From: Amphiscolops sp. MND2022
Taxonomy: Eukaryota
DNA length: 64,000 bases
Direction: 5' to 3'
Assembly (NCBI GenBank): GCA_964187785.1
Contig: OZ076410.1
Coordinates: forward strand, 80,848,001 to 80,912,000
This document shows positions 13,486 to 26,000 of the stretch, piece by piece. The notes beneath the pieces are model-generated. The model saw only the letters and a program-made list of their open reading frames with translations, had not been told where the DNA came from and did no database searches. A program made the position numbers and the translations under genes. Position 1 is the first letter of the stretch; each line of letters starts with the position of its first letter.

Positions 13486-14587
13486 AACCCCCCTTCCCTT
13501 ACTACTTCTTATTTCACCCCCGCGGCTGCTCGGGATGGAATTAAGACACATAGTCCTTATTTTCTACTGAAGTGTCCATAGCCATCATGGATTTTAGCCC
13601 TCCCAAAGTTTGGAAAATAATTTTTACACCACTGGTTGGAACTGGGTTCCCGTTTTTCTCCCAAAAATCATTTGAAAATCTATCGTTTGCGGACGGGAAA
13701 CTAAGAGAAAACGAAACACTTGTCAGAAAGTGTTAGATTTTTCAACAACTACTAGTTCTGTTTTATTTTCTTTCGTCGCAAATTTTAGGCAGTCCATCAA
13801 AGGCATCCTATTTTCCGAGAATTCCAGAAGCAAGAGATCAGTGTTTCGAATATTATTTATAACCGAGACAACTGAAGTCCAATTGAGTTCGACTGATCAT
13901 AACGGTGCTAAATTGAATATTGCCAGTTTCATGTCTCGAACCCTTCCGATTTTGATGTTATACTAGGCCCAAGCAAAAACGAGATTGATCTAAAAACCCT
14001 TCTTCCCTGTAGGTTGAATCAGCTTTTTCGTGGAATGCCTGGTTCACTAGGAATGGTAAGTGGACGTAAGCAATGCTGAAGAATCAGACGGTCGTCTGAA
14101 GAATTACGAATTCAATTTGGTTCCGCTATAAAATTATTCTGCAATAATACAACTTACCACCAATCACGACATGCCAAACAAGCACGAGCATTAAATTGAT
14201 GATACCGTTACGATGGTCGAGCATAGTGTACATTAGTGGAAACACTCTATTGAGCACGTTCAGTTTCTTTAATGAAATTTCTGTCGAAAAATTGCATCCG
14301 ATTTGCAATGTGCAACAAACGATACAAAACGACGCCTAACCTGAACGATCATCACCTCAATCACTTTGAAGGTTATCTTGAGAAACTAGGAAAACCAATT
14401 TCGCGGAACTTACAGTGAAGGCCATCGTGAAAAAAACTTCAAAACGTCATTAGTGGCGTTTCGTGACCAAAACGAAACTTCATGACGTGTGGTCCTATTC
14501 GCTCAGACGTGTAGACTGTCAAACGTATGGGAAAATAGTGAAAAACTTGAAATCAGAAAACGAAAAGTGTTGTTTAAGCGCGACAGC

Positions 14588-15524
14588 CAGAGATGACCAT
14601 ATTGTAGAATTATATTAAGTTTATAATAGGAATACTATAATTAAATACTATCATGGATGGTCAGCTATTATTTAATAAATATTACTATTATGGAATGCTA
14701 TATGAACATTTTATGCAATTGGATACCCAAAAGTACACGAAGAATCAAAGAAAAAAAATCATCGAATAGATATATCCAATTAGGACGCAAAATGAGTATT
14801 TCTACAATTCTGAGTTTGCGCCCTTGAGAACCAAACATGTGCCTTACTTAATTTCATTCTAAAAAAATTAAATAGATCTTTGTTATCAACTATATATATA
14901 ACTTTGTCAATGTCATGATATAGTTCTTGACAGTTATTGCCGGCAGATCTTTCAGATTCATAGGAATGAGTTTCAGTTTTATTAACCAGTTATGTGCTAT
15001 GCGTAGCGAATTTGTCAGAGATTAACGCTTTAAAGTAGTTCTTCAGTAAGTAGATGGTAGTAGTTGTTTTCTTCTGAACCTAGTTGTGTGTATATTTTCA
15101 GGTATATTTCCAAGATCCAAGAGCTGTGACGGTGATTCCAATCTAATTTGCTTAAACAGTTCTTTTATCAATTAATTATAGAAAAATATGGGCGGAAAAT
15201 AATTATTTGTATTGACTTCAACCAGGCAAATTGAAACCAGTGGCCTTTACTGTCGAGTATTGGCATTTTTGTCACAGAAAGAGCCTTCTCAAAGGCTTTT
15301 TTATCGTCGACAAGAACAAGAAGAACGAGAATTTTGCCGCAAATCTTGAGAACTCGATTAATTGTTGAGTGTGTTGAAATATAATTAAAATTTCACAATT
15401 TTTTTTAAGTTTTATTCTACGAAAAATTTTTGACGAAAATTTCTATAATAGAATGCTATATTGAGACTCATTACAGCAAATTCTATAATAAATGCTATAT
15501 TAAGTGATTATAGGGTCATCTCTG
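14588..15524. mobile_element. hAT-type MITE (~940 bp)
   Basis: TIR CAGAGATGACC(a/c)TAT at 14588 and GGTCATCTCTG ending 15524. Flanking 8-mers GCGACAGC (14580-14587) and GCGCCAGC (15525-15532) match 7/8, consistent with the 8 bp TSD of hAT. AT-rich, non-coding interior. Confidence 0.75.
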
Positions 15525-15773
15525 GCGCCAGCTGAAATGGATGATTGTATTTTGAAAAAGTGAATGGTATGAACCCCGATTTTAAAAATCAATGAAATTT
15601 AACAAGCCAAATGAAGACTGACAAAATTAATTCTGCAGCTTGTACGGTGCTGTTTTTTTCTTTGTCGCATTCCAAGAAGAATCCGCCCTGATCCGGCTAC
15701 AGTGTAGAAAAGTTTAAGGACATTTGCACTGAATATTTCTTTGGAGATCGATCATAAGTGAATTGAGCCAGTA

Positions 15774-17050
15774 CCCTAGTTTTTCAGAATCACAAATTTT
15801 GCAAAATTCGTCCTAATTTCTTACAAATTATGCATTTCTTACAAGAATCTTACGAGTTTGTACGAAAAACGCAAATTTTGCAAATTTGTTACAGTGTTGA
15901 ACATTTCTTACAAGAATCTGATAACATTTTTGCAAAATTTGCATCTATTTGTAAGAAATTCTTACAAAAAATGCGATGTGTTACTTCGACCAAAAATTCG
16001 TTCAAGATTTTCTGGACCCATTTTGTGTCTTTTTTGAATAACACCTGAATAAGAAGTCTGTATCTATATGTGTTATGCATATACACTTCAGAAGCCCTCC
16101 TAATTTGCTATGATTTCGATTGCTGAGCGAAGAGTCAAAAAACGTTGTTTTTTCTGTTGGAAAAACCTTGTTTTCCGTTGGACCTCAAGTTTGATCCGAC
16201 TTTAATATTGGTGTTTCTTTCGGTTCTCATGTTTCTTGGAGCGATTTTTACTGCAATTATTCGTTTATAGCGCAACTAGAGTGTACTGTTTCCTTTATTG
16301 ACTAGCGCAGACTAAGAAATGGGTTTTTTGAGCTCTTGATTACATTTTTGGTGTATCGGAAAAATTGTTCCTTTTTCGTTATAACATTTTTTCAAGTTTT
16401 ATCCATCTCACGGTTCTTTTTTCACTGCAAATACCTTTCAGGAAGCCGTATGTAGCCCTGTCAGAGTTGACAACTTCTCAATTGGCCAGCGACGACTGAA
16501 GAATGGGACTTTATTACATAACTTTATTTGATATTTTCAGTGTTTTTTTTACATAATTTCAAGTGGTATTTTTAATTTTAATTTTCCTTTTTTGCAGCCG
16601 TTTTAGAGAAAAGGTTTGAGTGAGAAACAGTTTGAGGTTTGAGAAACAAAAATTATTCGATAGAATAGCGTCTAAAATCACCGTATTTTGGTAGAATAAG
16701 ATCTAAAAACACTATTGCACTAGAGTAACGTCTAAAATAACTTTTTTGAGAGAGATGGGATCATTTTGTTGCGAAAGGCTTAGGCTGAGAGTATGGAAAT
16801 GGTATCATTCATCGCTCGAATGAATTTTTCTGATTAATAGGTTAGGAGCGACTTTTTTTCCAGAATTTCCTTTGGTGGAACAATGCAAATTTTGTAAGAG
16901 TTTTGTAAGATTTATGCATTTTTTGTACCATTTTCAGCTGAAAATCGCAAATTTTGCAAGAATCTTGTAAGAGTTAGTGTCAAATAATGCATTTTCTTAC
17001 AAGAGTTTTTGTAAGAATTTTGCAAAAGATGTGAATTTTTTCAACTAGGG
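15774..17050. mobile_element. TA-flanked MITE/foldback element (Tc1/mariner-type target site)
   Basis: TA|CCCTAGTT...AACTAGGG|TA. Long imperfect inverted subterminal regions built from ttcttacaagaatct / ttttgcaaaa motifs (15780-15970 vs 16880-17045). Confidence 0.8.
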
Positions 17051-18419
17051 TAGAATGTTTCGTCCGTATTTTCATCAGTTTTGTTTTTTTTTGTAAAATT
17101 CCTATTTAATGAGGGAATTAGTTCAGAGCCCGGAAATTTAGGGAAACCGCTTTTTGGCCTGCGAACGGATGAGACAACCAATCGCAACTGCTCGTTTCAA
17201 TTAATTTACGACAGCTAGTATCAATCAAAACACCCTAATATGAAACCGAGCACAGGCCACTAAAATGGAAAAGGCTTCCGAGAATTCCCCCAAAAAACTG
17301 ACAAATTCAAAGAAAATACACCCTGAAAAACAACCAGGCAGCGTAAAACCTCAAAAAATGAACACGTAGTGCATCGGGAAAACGTGCCAACCGTCAGACG
17401 TCAAAAGTGTTGAGCCAGAAGAAAAAGAGCCAGGAAACATGGAAGCGTTCGCAGCAGGCAAAGAAAGAAGGAAACGTTAATGAACAGAAATATGGATTTA
17501 CAAAATGCAGATGTCGCTGCGAAGAAGCATTCACCATCTTGTAGCCGGAGATCAAAATAGAACAGCGCGATAACATTCGGAAAAGAACTGGAACATTCAT
17601 CAGATAGCGAACAAGATGGCAGAATCGAAGTAAAAAATGGGTTAATATAAAACAGTTTTAAATCAGTCTATCAAAAATTTTCACTGAATTTGCAGTACGA
17701 TGACGAATATATCATGACAAGGGTAAAAGCTTTGTTTTCAAAATGGTGAAATTGCCAGTCTTTCATTCAAAGTCATTTTATCAGAACTTGATGAAATGCT
17801 TTTTTTTCAAAAACCAGAAAGACAACTCTGTGCATTTTTTTCATCGATCGAACAGAAGAAGTTCACTTATTTCTGGGCAATTGTTTAAAGCTATCTATCT
17901 ACTGCATCAGTCTCCGGTTTTGGTCATCAATTATAGAGTTGTTTCGAGCAATATTATTGGCTTTTCACTGCAGTTTGAACTTAAAGTCTTGCTATTTTCG
18001 AAACCTGATCGATAGAAATAACAATTTTATCTTCAAAATGGTCCAATTTGTGTTTGTCTGAAAAAAACTGTTTGAGAACTGATTTTTGAAAAAAAAACAA
18101 ATCCTTGTAAAACTTTTATCATTCAAATTAAAAAACGAGCCATATAAAAAGTTTCGGACTACAAATTGAGTTTCGACTTCAAGCAAAGGTAAAAATACCG
18201 ACTATTAAAATCGAAAATGTTTACTCATTGATGAGTATCAAACAGTTTAAAAAAGAATTAGAAAGTTTTTCATGAAAAGATTCTATCAAAAGGAAGCAAA
18301 CCATCTGTAGTCAAGTAATTTAAAATGCAAGATTGAACAAATGGGCGCAAAAGACAGAACGATATTTCCGAGTTTTTCAGAGGCTATAGACGTTCTTCTG
18401 TAATCTTTAACGAAGTTTG

Positions 18420-18795
18420 ATGACAGCCTCTTCATCATTGTATTATATGTCCTTAGGTTCTCTCCTCATGGCTTCACTTGCACACGCTAGAAAATCTATC
18501 ACAGCATTTCAGTATACCCCTTTCGAATACCATGCCAATAAGCACCGTTTGGATTACCAGGATCGAATTTTGGCAACTCACTTCTACGGGAAAAGGCTTT
18601 TATGTGCTAAAAGTTGCAGCAGGAATGTTCAATGTCGATCCTTCAACTTCTGTGGAGGCAGAATTTGTCAGTTGCTGGCAACTGACGTCTTCTCAACTAT
18701 TTTGGGAACATCCGTGCTTCAGGAGGATGAAAATTGCGACCACTTTGGAATGCCGCGGAACTTCGAAACAGTCTGCAATGATATTCACAATAACG
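18420..18795 (+). CDS. Exon 1 of a secreted PAN/apple + C-type lectin protein (signal peptide + PAN domain)
   Basis: Hydrophobic leader (YYMSLGSLLMASLAHA) and PAN cysteine pattern LLCAKSCSRNVQCRSFNFCGGRICQL. Donor ACG|GTTGGT at 18796, phase 1. Confidence 0.8.
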
Positions 18796-19085
18796 GTTGG
18801 TCATTAACTATACAAACTTTTCAAAATGGAATCGAGCATTTCTCACTCTTTAAAAATGGGATTTTCAATTTGGTGACTTTCATAACTATGCTGAACAAGA
18901 GTAAAATTGAGATTTTTGGTTATTTTACTTTTGTTGTCGAAGACCAATTCAAATTTTTGTTTTGCGGAAACTTTGAGCTAAAAATGTTGAATTGAAGTTT
19001 CCACGATTGCTGAAATGTCAAAAAGTATGAGACTGCAACAGAATGGAGTACAGAAATTTACTTGAAATCTACTTATGGCGTTTAG

Positions 19086-19328
19086 ATGAAAAGCAATGCA
19101 CTAATCCCTCAACTTCATGCATGTGCAACGATGAAACTTTGGAAACATTCGTTTATAACGAAACAACAGAATCATTTGAATGGAAAATAGTTTCAAAGAA
19201 CGACGCAAGTTCAGCAGAAGAGCACTCAGGAGAAATGACAGAAGTTACAGCAACTACAGAACTGTGGATCAAGCTAGTCCAAAAACGCCTAACATGGACG
19301 CAGGCTAGAGAGAACTGTGCCGACCTAG
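19086..19328 (+). CDS. Exon 2 of the PAN-CTL gene (linker and start of the C-type lectin domain)
   Basis: Acceptor gcgtttAG at 19084-19085 restores the frame (NN-D-EKQC). Ends WIKLVQKRLTWTQARENCADL-G at donor CTAG|GTCAGG (19329), phase 1. Confidence 0.75.
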
Positions 19329-21479
19329 GTCAGGATTGCAAAGTTTTTTCTACAATACTACTCCGAAGATTGGGACCGAAGATTTGTAGTTTTTCCATTC
19401 AGAGTAAAATCTAAAATGGAGAAGCTTAGTGCCATGAACAGTGGAGAAAAATTGGAAAACATAAAAGTTGGGATATGAGTCAACGTTTGGACTGTTGCAA
19501 ATATCTAGACTTAGTCAAAGCTTGGCACTGCCAAAACGTCGTTGAAATCAAATGATACTGAAGCAAACGCCAGTACGCAGCGCAAAGAAAATAGGAAAAT
19601 GTACAGTATGACTAATTTTCCTATCATATCAAAGTAGTATACGAAATCTAGACCAGGCTCACAGCAATAGACCACCGACTATTCAAATCTTATTTATTTT
19701 AAAAGCAAAATTGCACCAAAAATCACGTGTTGTTGAACAAACAGTTCGTTTCTTCAAGGTTCTGAAAATCAGTGACTGAAACATAACACTGAAAATTTCC
19801 GAACTTGTCTGTCTATTCGTCGTTGAAATTAAATTTACTCACATGTTCAAAAATGAAAGAATGTCTTTGAACAAACAGTTCATTCCTCCAACTTTTAATG
19901 AGTTTCTACTAAACCGAACAAGCCTGCAACCGCCCAATTTGGCGCCCGCTCAAGTTACAACAAACCAAGTTTCTTGAAAATGCAAGGAATACTTTTGATG
20001 AAATTTTATTTTTACAGTGCCGAAAAATACCCGCCGAAAGTAGCACAATTTATTTTGGATATAACGTCAAGATTTTGGATATAGCGAGCCGGGACAAATG
20101 GGAGCGCTTTTTAGAAACCTTGGCCTGCTCCTTAGTTAAAGGCAATATAGTTCCAACATAACGTCAACAAATACGACACAGCTCAAATTTTCAAACCTGT
20201 ACCTCCTGTTTAGTGAAACTCAACCTACTTAGGATATACCGTCCAAAATTCGGATATCGCGTGTTGAGCCAATGCCGCCTGAGGAACGTCTGGTGGGGAT
20301 TCTACAAAAAGTGGACCATTCAATTTGAGTTTGTCATCCGAGAAAAAACTTTTCACTGAAGAGTTCGCATTTTCTGATTTTTTCAAACCAATTCAGCAAT
20401 GGTAACGTTACATCAAACAAAAGGAAGACACTGGATTTTGTTTCTAAATTAGTTAAATTCTGAATCACATGGATGGTTATTTTGGACAGTTCAGGTGTAT
20501 CAAAAAAACTGACGAAAAGCCATGATTATAGTCGCTCTTTTCTGAAGAAAAGTGCCGACTGAAAAGTGAAAAACAACTTATACAAAATGTTGAAGATCAA
20601 AGTCTTTCATAGTTTCTGATCAAACAATGAAAGCAAAAGGACTTTTCAAACACCCAGGTAACGCTGCTAAGAAACTACTCAACGAGCCAGGAAGAGTATC
20701 AAATACTGCCGTAATTTCTGGAACAGCAACGAATTCGAAAAATGAACGGTTGGTAGCTGCTTCAGGAAAGGTTTTCATCGAGGAATGACGTTTTATTTTC
20801 GAAAGCTTTCTTTAAAAATTTTTGTTCCATTAGGTGTATTTTGAAAAGTTTTAAAGCAAAACAGTTTTCACTTTTTGTAATCGTGGTGATTTGGAAAAAT
20901 TGAAAAATTGTAACAAAACTACTCATTTGAAAAAAGCGGAAAAATTTGAAGAGAAGTTTGGAAAGCACAATAAAAATGACATAGAAGAAGCATTTACACT
21001 ATCAACTGGAAATCAAAATACTTCGCAAACACTTTTGAAACTGTCTTAGAAAAACAAATGGAGGAATCTCGAAAACAGAAAAGGAATAGAAGAGGCAAGT
21101 ATAAACTACAGAGTAACCTTCGAACGTCCTTTGAAGATGTGACAAACTCAAAACATGAAGTATTCAATTTCTCAATGATTTTGTTCAAAGTAATGTTGAC
21201 TCTATGGTTGTTGTCCCAATCTTGTACACTGGCTTGGGAATCTACTGAAATCTCCCGGTTTAAACCTACATGACGGCTGAATTTGGAGTCTAACTTGCTG
21301 TGGTCCTGCTGGTCCTGTTGACCAAACCGTCCTAATGAGTTCCTGTCTAGTCTCGTGGACTTGTGGTCTGTCTGGTCAAGACAACCTCTGGGGCGTTTGT
21401 CTAACCTCCTCCACCTGTGGTCCACTTGACTAAATTGACCTCCAGGGTTCTAGTCTTGTCCACAGGACCGATGGTCCAT

Positions 21480-22064
21480 TTAGCCAGAGTAATCTCTGGG
21501 GCCCTCGTTTAGTCCCCTTGACCGGTGGTCCACTTGACCAGAGTGGTCTCTGGGGCCCTCATCTAGTCCCCCTGACCGGCGGTCCATATGGCTAGAATGG
21601 TCTTCAGGGCTCCTGTCTAGTCTACTGGACTGATGGTCCCTCGTGGTATTTAATCCCGATTTTTGAACTCCTAGCTCATTCTGAATACTGGAAAGCCCCT
21701 TTTCAGCAATTGCTGAATTTATAACTTCCAAAATAAGAGCATTCAAGTCTTCTCTACAATCGTCAAGTTTTCTAGTAACTTGGGTAGTGATTTCGTTGTG
21801 AATCATCCTCGCAGTCTCTATGGTAATTTTACTGTTTTCTCTACTGTTTGAATTAATCAGAAACCTAAAGTCCTCGCTTGTGGGATTAGCCGTTTGAAGT
21901 CCGTTGGACTCAAGGCCTCCTTCAATTTCTCTTTCACCTGACTGACAGTCTAGGTCATTTCTAGAGTAATTTCCCAACATTTCATCCATGTTTTCTAAGT
22001 CGGGCATCACGTCCGATTGTCTAGACCTTTTCTTCTTAGCCTTCTGTTTTTTTGTTGAGGGCAT
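21480..22064 (-). pseudogene. gag: Truncated gag N-terminal ORF with 18-aa repeats
   Basis: Collinear with ORF 42516-43040, which continues into capsid-like and then pol sequence in the long element. Confidence 0.75.
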
Positions 22065-22210
22065 TTGAAAAGTTTACTGCTCAAGAAAGATTGCATTTGA
22101 GCTTTTATTCGTGAACTAAATTTGAACTGAGAGAAAAAAGCAAAACAGAATGAGAACTTAGTAAATATATTGTGTCTACTGGTTTGTAGCGTCGTATTCA
22201 AAGTTGTGTC

Positions 22211-22229
22211 CTCCGGAATACGGGGACCA
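22211..22229 (-). promoter_or_regulatory. Putative primer-binding site (TGGTCCCCGTATTCCGGAG)
   Basis: TGG-initiated motif ~145 bp upstream of the gag ATG, conserved in four copies (also 26896-26914, 29328-29346, 43188-43206). Primer tRNA not identified. Confidence 0.6.
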
Positions 22230-23043
22230 GCTATTTATAACAATTGGTGCACTACTAGCAAAATTATGTTGATCATGTTTTTAAAAATAGTAACTAATTT
22301 GGGCTGACGCAACTTTACATCACTATTAGGTCATGTCTAAAAATAGCATCGGTTGGGCCCTGAAACTATAAATCGAATGAGGAGACTGGAAGGCGGTCTG
22401 CCTGTCAAGCTATATAGAAAACAATTTGAATGACAAGCACTTGTTTACTTAATACTCTATGTAAGAGTAATACAGCATGGCGGACTGGTAGTCATCTTGG
22501 CTAATAAATGTTAGCAAACACAGCATATTGGACTGGTGGTCCAAGAGGCTAGAGGACTCTAGCACGTGATTGGTCAATAATCATCAGGGACAGCGCGTCG
22601 AGTTGACTGGAGTAATTTTCACTTCGACCGCGTTTCTCTTATTGCATACTTGTTTAGATAGTTTTTGTTTAGAATATTAAACTGTAAGGCAACAACAATT
22701 CATTTCTTGATTACATTAACACTAATATGGACTACATGTCTAACAACAATAATCTAAAACAACATACATATAGAATAACAATTCAAGTCTAGGAAATTTA
22801 AGATAAATGGACCGACGGTCCCGCGTTTACAATGGTAGGACTCCGAATATGAAGGGCAAATTGCTGTCGTTAGGGGCTACTTGGTATCGATTACCGTCAC
22901 AGGCGGCAACCTGCGACACTCCCCAGGGGACGAGAATAATTGAGCACACCAGCATTCCTGCTTGGAAGGCATTTCTTCTTCGCGGTCGTGTGTGATAGGA
23001 CTCAGCGTCAATATAATGAGTGCTCCAAAAACTGAGTGTAATT

Positions 23044-26000
23044 ACACGTAGTGCATCGGGAAAACGTGCCAACCGTCAGACGTCAAAAGTGTTGAGCAAG
23101 AAGAAACATAGCCAGGAAACATGGAAGCGTTCGCAGCACGGAAAGAAAGAAGGAAACATGTTAATGAACAGAAATATGGATTTACAAAATGCAGATGTCG
23201 CTGCGAAGAAGCATTTACCATCTTGTAGCCGGAGATGAAAATAGAACAGCGCGATAACATTCAGAAAAAAACTGGAACATTCATCAGATAGCGAACAAGA
23301 TGGCAGAATCGAAGTAAAAAAATGGGTTAATATAAAACAGTTTTAAATCAGTCTATCAAAAATTTTCAATGAATTTGCAGTACGATGACGAATATATCAT
23401 GACAAGGGTAAAAGCTTTGTTTTCAAAATGGTGAAATTGCCAGTCTTTCATTCAAAGTCATTTTATCAGAACTTGATGAAATGCTTTTTTTTCAAAAACC
23501 AGAAAGACAACTCTGTGCATTTTTTTCATCGATCGAACAGAAGAAGTTCACTTATTTCTGGGCAATTGTTTAAAGCTATCTATCTACTGCATCAGTCTCC
23601 GGTTTTGGTCATCAATTATAGAGTTGTTTCGAGCAATATTATTGGCTTTTCACTGCAGTTTGAACTTAAAGTTTTGCTATTTTCGAAACCTGATCGATAG
23701 AAATAACAATTTTGTCTCCAAAATGTTCCATTTTGTGTTTGTCTGAAAAAACTGTTTGAGCACTGATTTTTGGGAAAGAACAATTCCTTGTAAAACTTTT
23801 ATCATTCAAAATAAAAAACCAGCCATATAAAAAGTTTCAGACTACAAATTGAGTTTCGACTTCAAGCAAAGGAAAAAATACCGACTATCACAATCGAAAA
23901 TGTTTACTCATTGATGAGTATCAAACAGTTAAAAAAATTAGAAAGCTTTTCATGAAAAGATTCTATCAGAAGGAAGCAAACCATCTGTAGTCAATTAATT
24001 TAAAATGCAAGATTGAACAAACGGGCGCAAAAGACAGAACGATATTTCCGAGTTTTTCAGAGGCTATAGACGTTCTTCTGTAATCTTTAACGAAGTTTGA
24101 AGATGAATTCAGCCTCTTTCTCATTGTATTATATGTCCTTAGGTTCTCTCCTCATGGTTTCACTTGCACACGCTAGAAAATCTATCACAGCAGTTCAGTA
24201 TACCCTTTTCGAATACCATGCCAATAAGCAGCGTTTGGATTACCAGGATTGAATTTTGGCATTTCACTCTACGGGAAAGGCTTTTATGTGCTAAAAGTTG
24301 CAGCAGGAATGTTCAATGTCAATCCTTCAACTTTTGTGGAGGCAGAATTTGTCAGTTGCTGGCAATTGACGTTTTCTCAACTATTTTGGGAACATCTGTG
24401 CTTCAGGAGGATAAAAATTGCGACCACTTTGGAATGCCGCGGAACTTCGAAAAAGTCTGCAATGATATTCACAATAACGGTTGGTCATTAACTATACAAA
24501 CTTTTCAAAATGGAATCGAGCATTTCTCACTCTTTAAAACATGGGATTTTTAATTTGGTGACTTTCTTAACTCTGCTGAACCAGAGTAAAATTGAGATTT
24601 TTGGTTATTTTATATTTGTTGTCGAAGACCAATTCAAATTTTTGTTTTGCGGAAACTTTGAGCAAAAATTGTTGAATTGATGTTTCCACGATTGCTCAAA
24701 TGTCAACAAGTATGAGACTGCAACAGAATGGAGTACAGAAATTTTGAAATCTACCTATGGCGTTTAGATGAAAAGCAATGCACTAATCCCTCAACTTCGT
24801 GCATGTGCAACGATGAAACTTTGGAAACATTCGTTTATAACGAAACAACAGAATCATTTGACTGGAATATAGTTTCAAAGAACGACGCTAGTTCAGCAGA
24901 AGAGCACTCAGGAGAAATGACAGAAGTTACAGCAACTGTGGATCAAGCTAGTCCAAAAACGCCTAACATGGACGCAGGCTAGAGAGAACTGTGCCGATCT
25001 AGGTCAGGATTGCAACGTTTTTTCTACAAAACAACTCTTTGGGACCGAAGATTTGTAGTTTTTCCATTCAGAGTAAAACCTAAAAGGGCGAAGCTTAGTG
25101 CCATGAACAGTGGAGAAAAGTTGGAAAACTTGAAGGTTGGGATATGAGTCAACGTTTGGACTGTTGCAAATATCTAGACTTAGTCAAAGCTTGCGATTGC
25201 CAAAACTTCGTTGAAATCAAATGATTTTGAAGCAAACGCCAGTACGCAGCGCAAAGAAAATAGTAAAAGGTACAGTATGACTAATTTTCCTATCATATCA
25301 AAGTAGTATACGAAATCTACACCAGGCTCACAGCAATAGACCACTGACTATTCAAATCTTATTTATTTTAAAAGCAAATTGCACCAAAAATTACGTGCTG
25401 TTGAACAAACACTTCGTTTCTTCAAGGTTCAGAAAATCAGTGACTGAAACATAACACTGAAAAATTCCCGAACTTGTCTGTCTATTCGTCGTTGAAATTA
25501 AAATTAATCACTTGTTCAAAAGAGAAAGAATGTCTTTGAACAAACAGTTCATTCCTCCAACTTTTAATGAATTTCTACTAAACTTAACTTGAACAAGCCT
25601 GCAATGGCCCATTTTGGCGCCCGCTCAAGTTACAACAAATCAAGTTTCTTGAAAATGCAAGGAATACTTTTGATGAAATTTTATTTTTACAGTGCCGAAA
25701 AATACCCGAAGGTAACACAATTTATTTTGGATATAACGTCAAGATTTTGGATATAGCGAGCCGAGACAAATGGCAGCGCTTTTAGAAACCTTGGCTTGCT
25801 CCTTAGTTAAAGGCAATATAGTTCCAATATAACGTCAACAAATACGACACAGCTCAAATTTTCAAACCTGTACCTCCTGTTTAGTGAAACTCAACCTACT
25901 TAGGATATACCGTCCAAAATTCGGATATCGCGTGTCGAGCCAATGCCGCCTGAGGAACGTCTGCTGGGGATTCTACAAAAAGTGGACCATTCAATTTGAG

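Larger units (their letters stand above)
9507..13507. repeat. Right arm of the ~9.3 kb inverted duplication
   Basis: Starts cttgaccaagtcacgagactcgcag (reverse complement of ~8380-8405) and ends ctctaaaccccccttcccttactactt (reverse complement of ~4225-4255). Contains inverted 172 bp and 61 bp arrays. Confidence 0.95.
17365..23043. repeat. Tandem segmental duplication, copy 1 (~5.7 kb)
   Basis: Begins cacgtagtgcatcgggaaaacgtgccaaccgtcagacgtc, which restarts at 23044. ORFs 17743-18015 and 23428-23700 translate identically. Confidence 0.93.
21210..23043 (-). mobile_element. Ty3/Gypsy 5' fragment, copy A: upstream ORF tail, ~570 bp LTR-like non-coding region, PBS and gag N-terminus
   Basis: Homologous to 42170-43910 of the long Gypsy element. 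Gag ORF 21480-22064 (MPSTKKQKAKKKRSRQSDVMPDLENMDEMLG...) carries 54 bp repeats. Confidence 0.85.

Noticed and set aside
13560-14560. Possible third capsid-like or other coding remnant
   Set aside because: Only isolated tetrapeptide resemblances (SPIEFD, TLVETL) across different frames; insufficient support.
18796-18995. C-terminal 67 aa of ORF 18417-18995 as coding
   Set aside because: Best explained as read-through into a 290 nt GT-AG intron. Splicing restores the frame, and the duplicate copy has a stop in this stretch.
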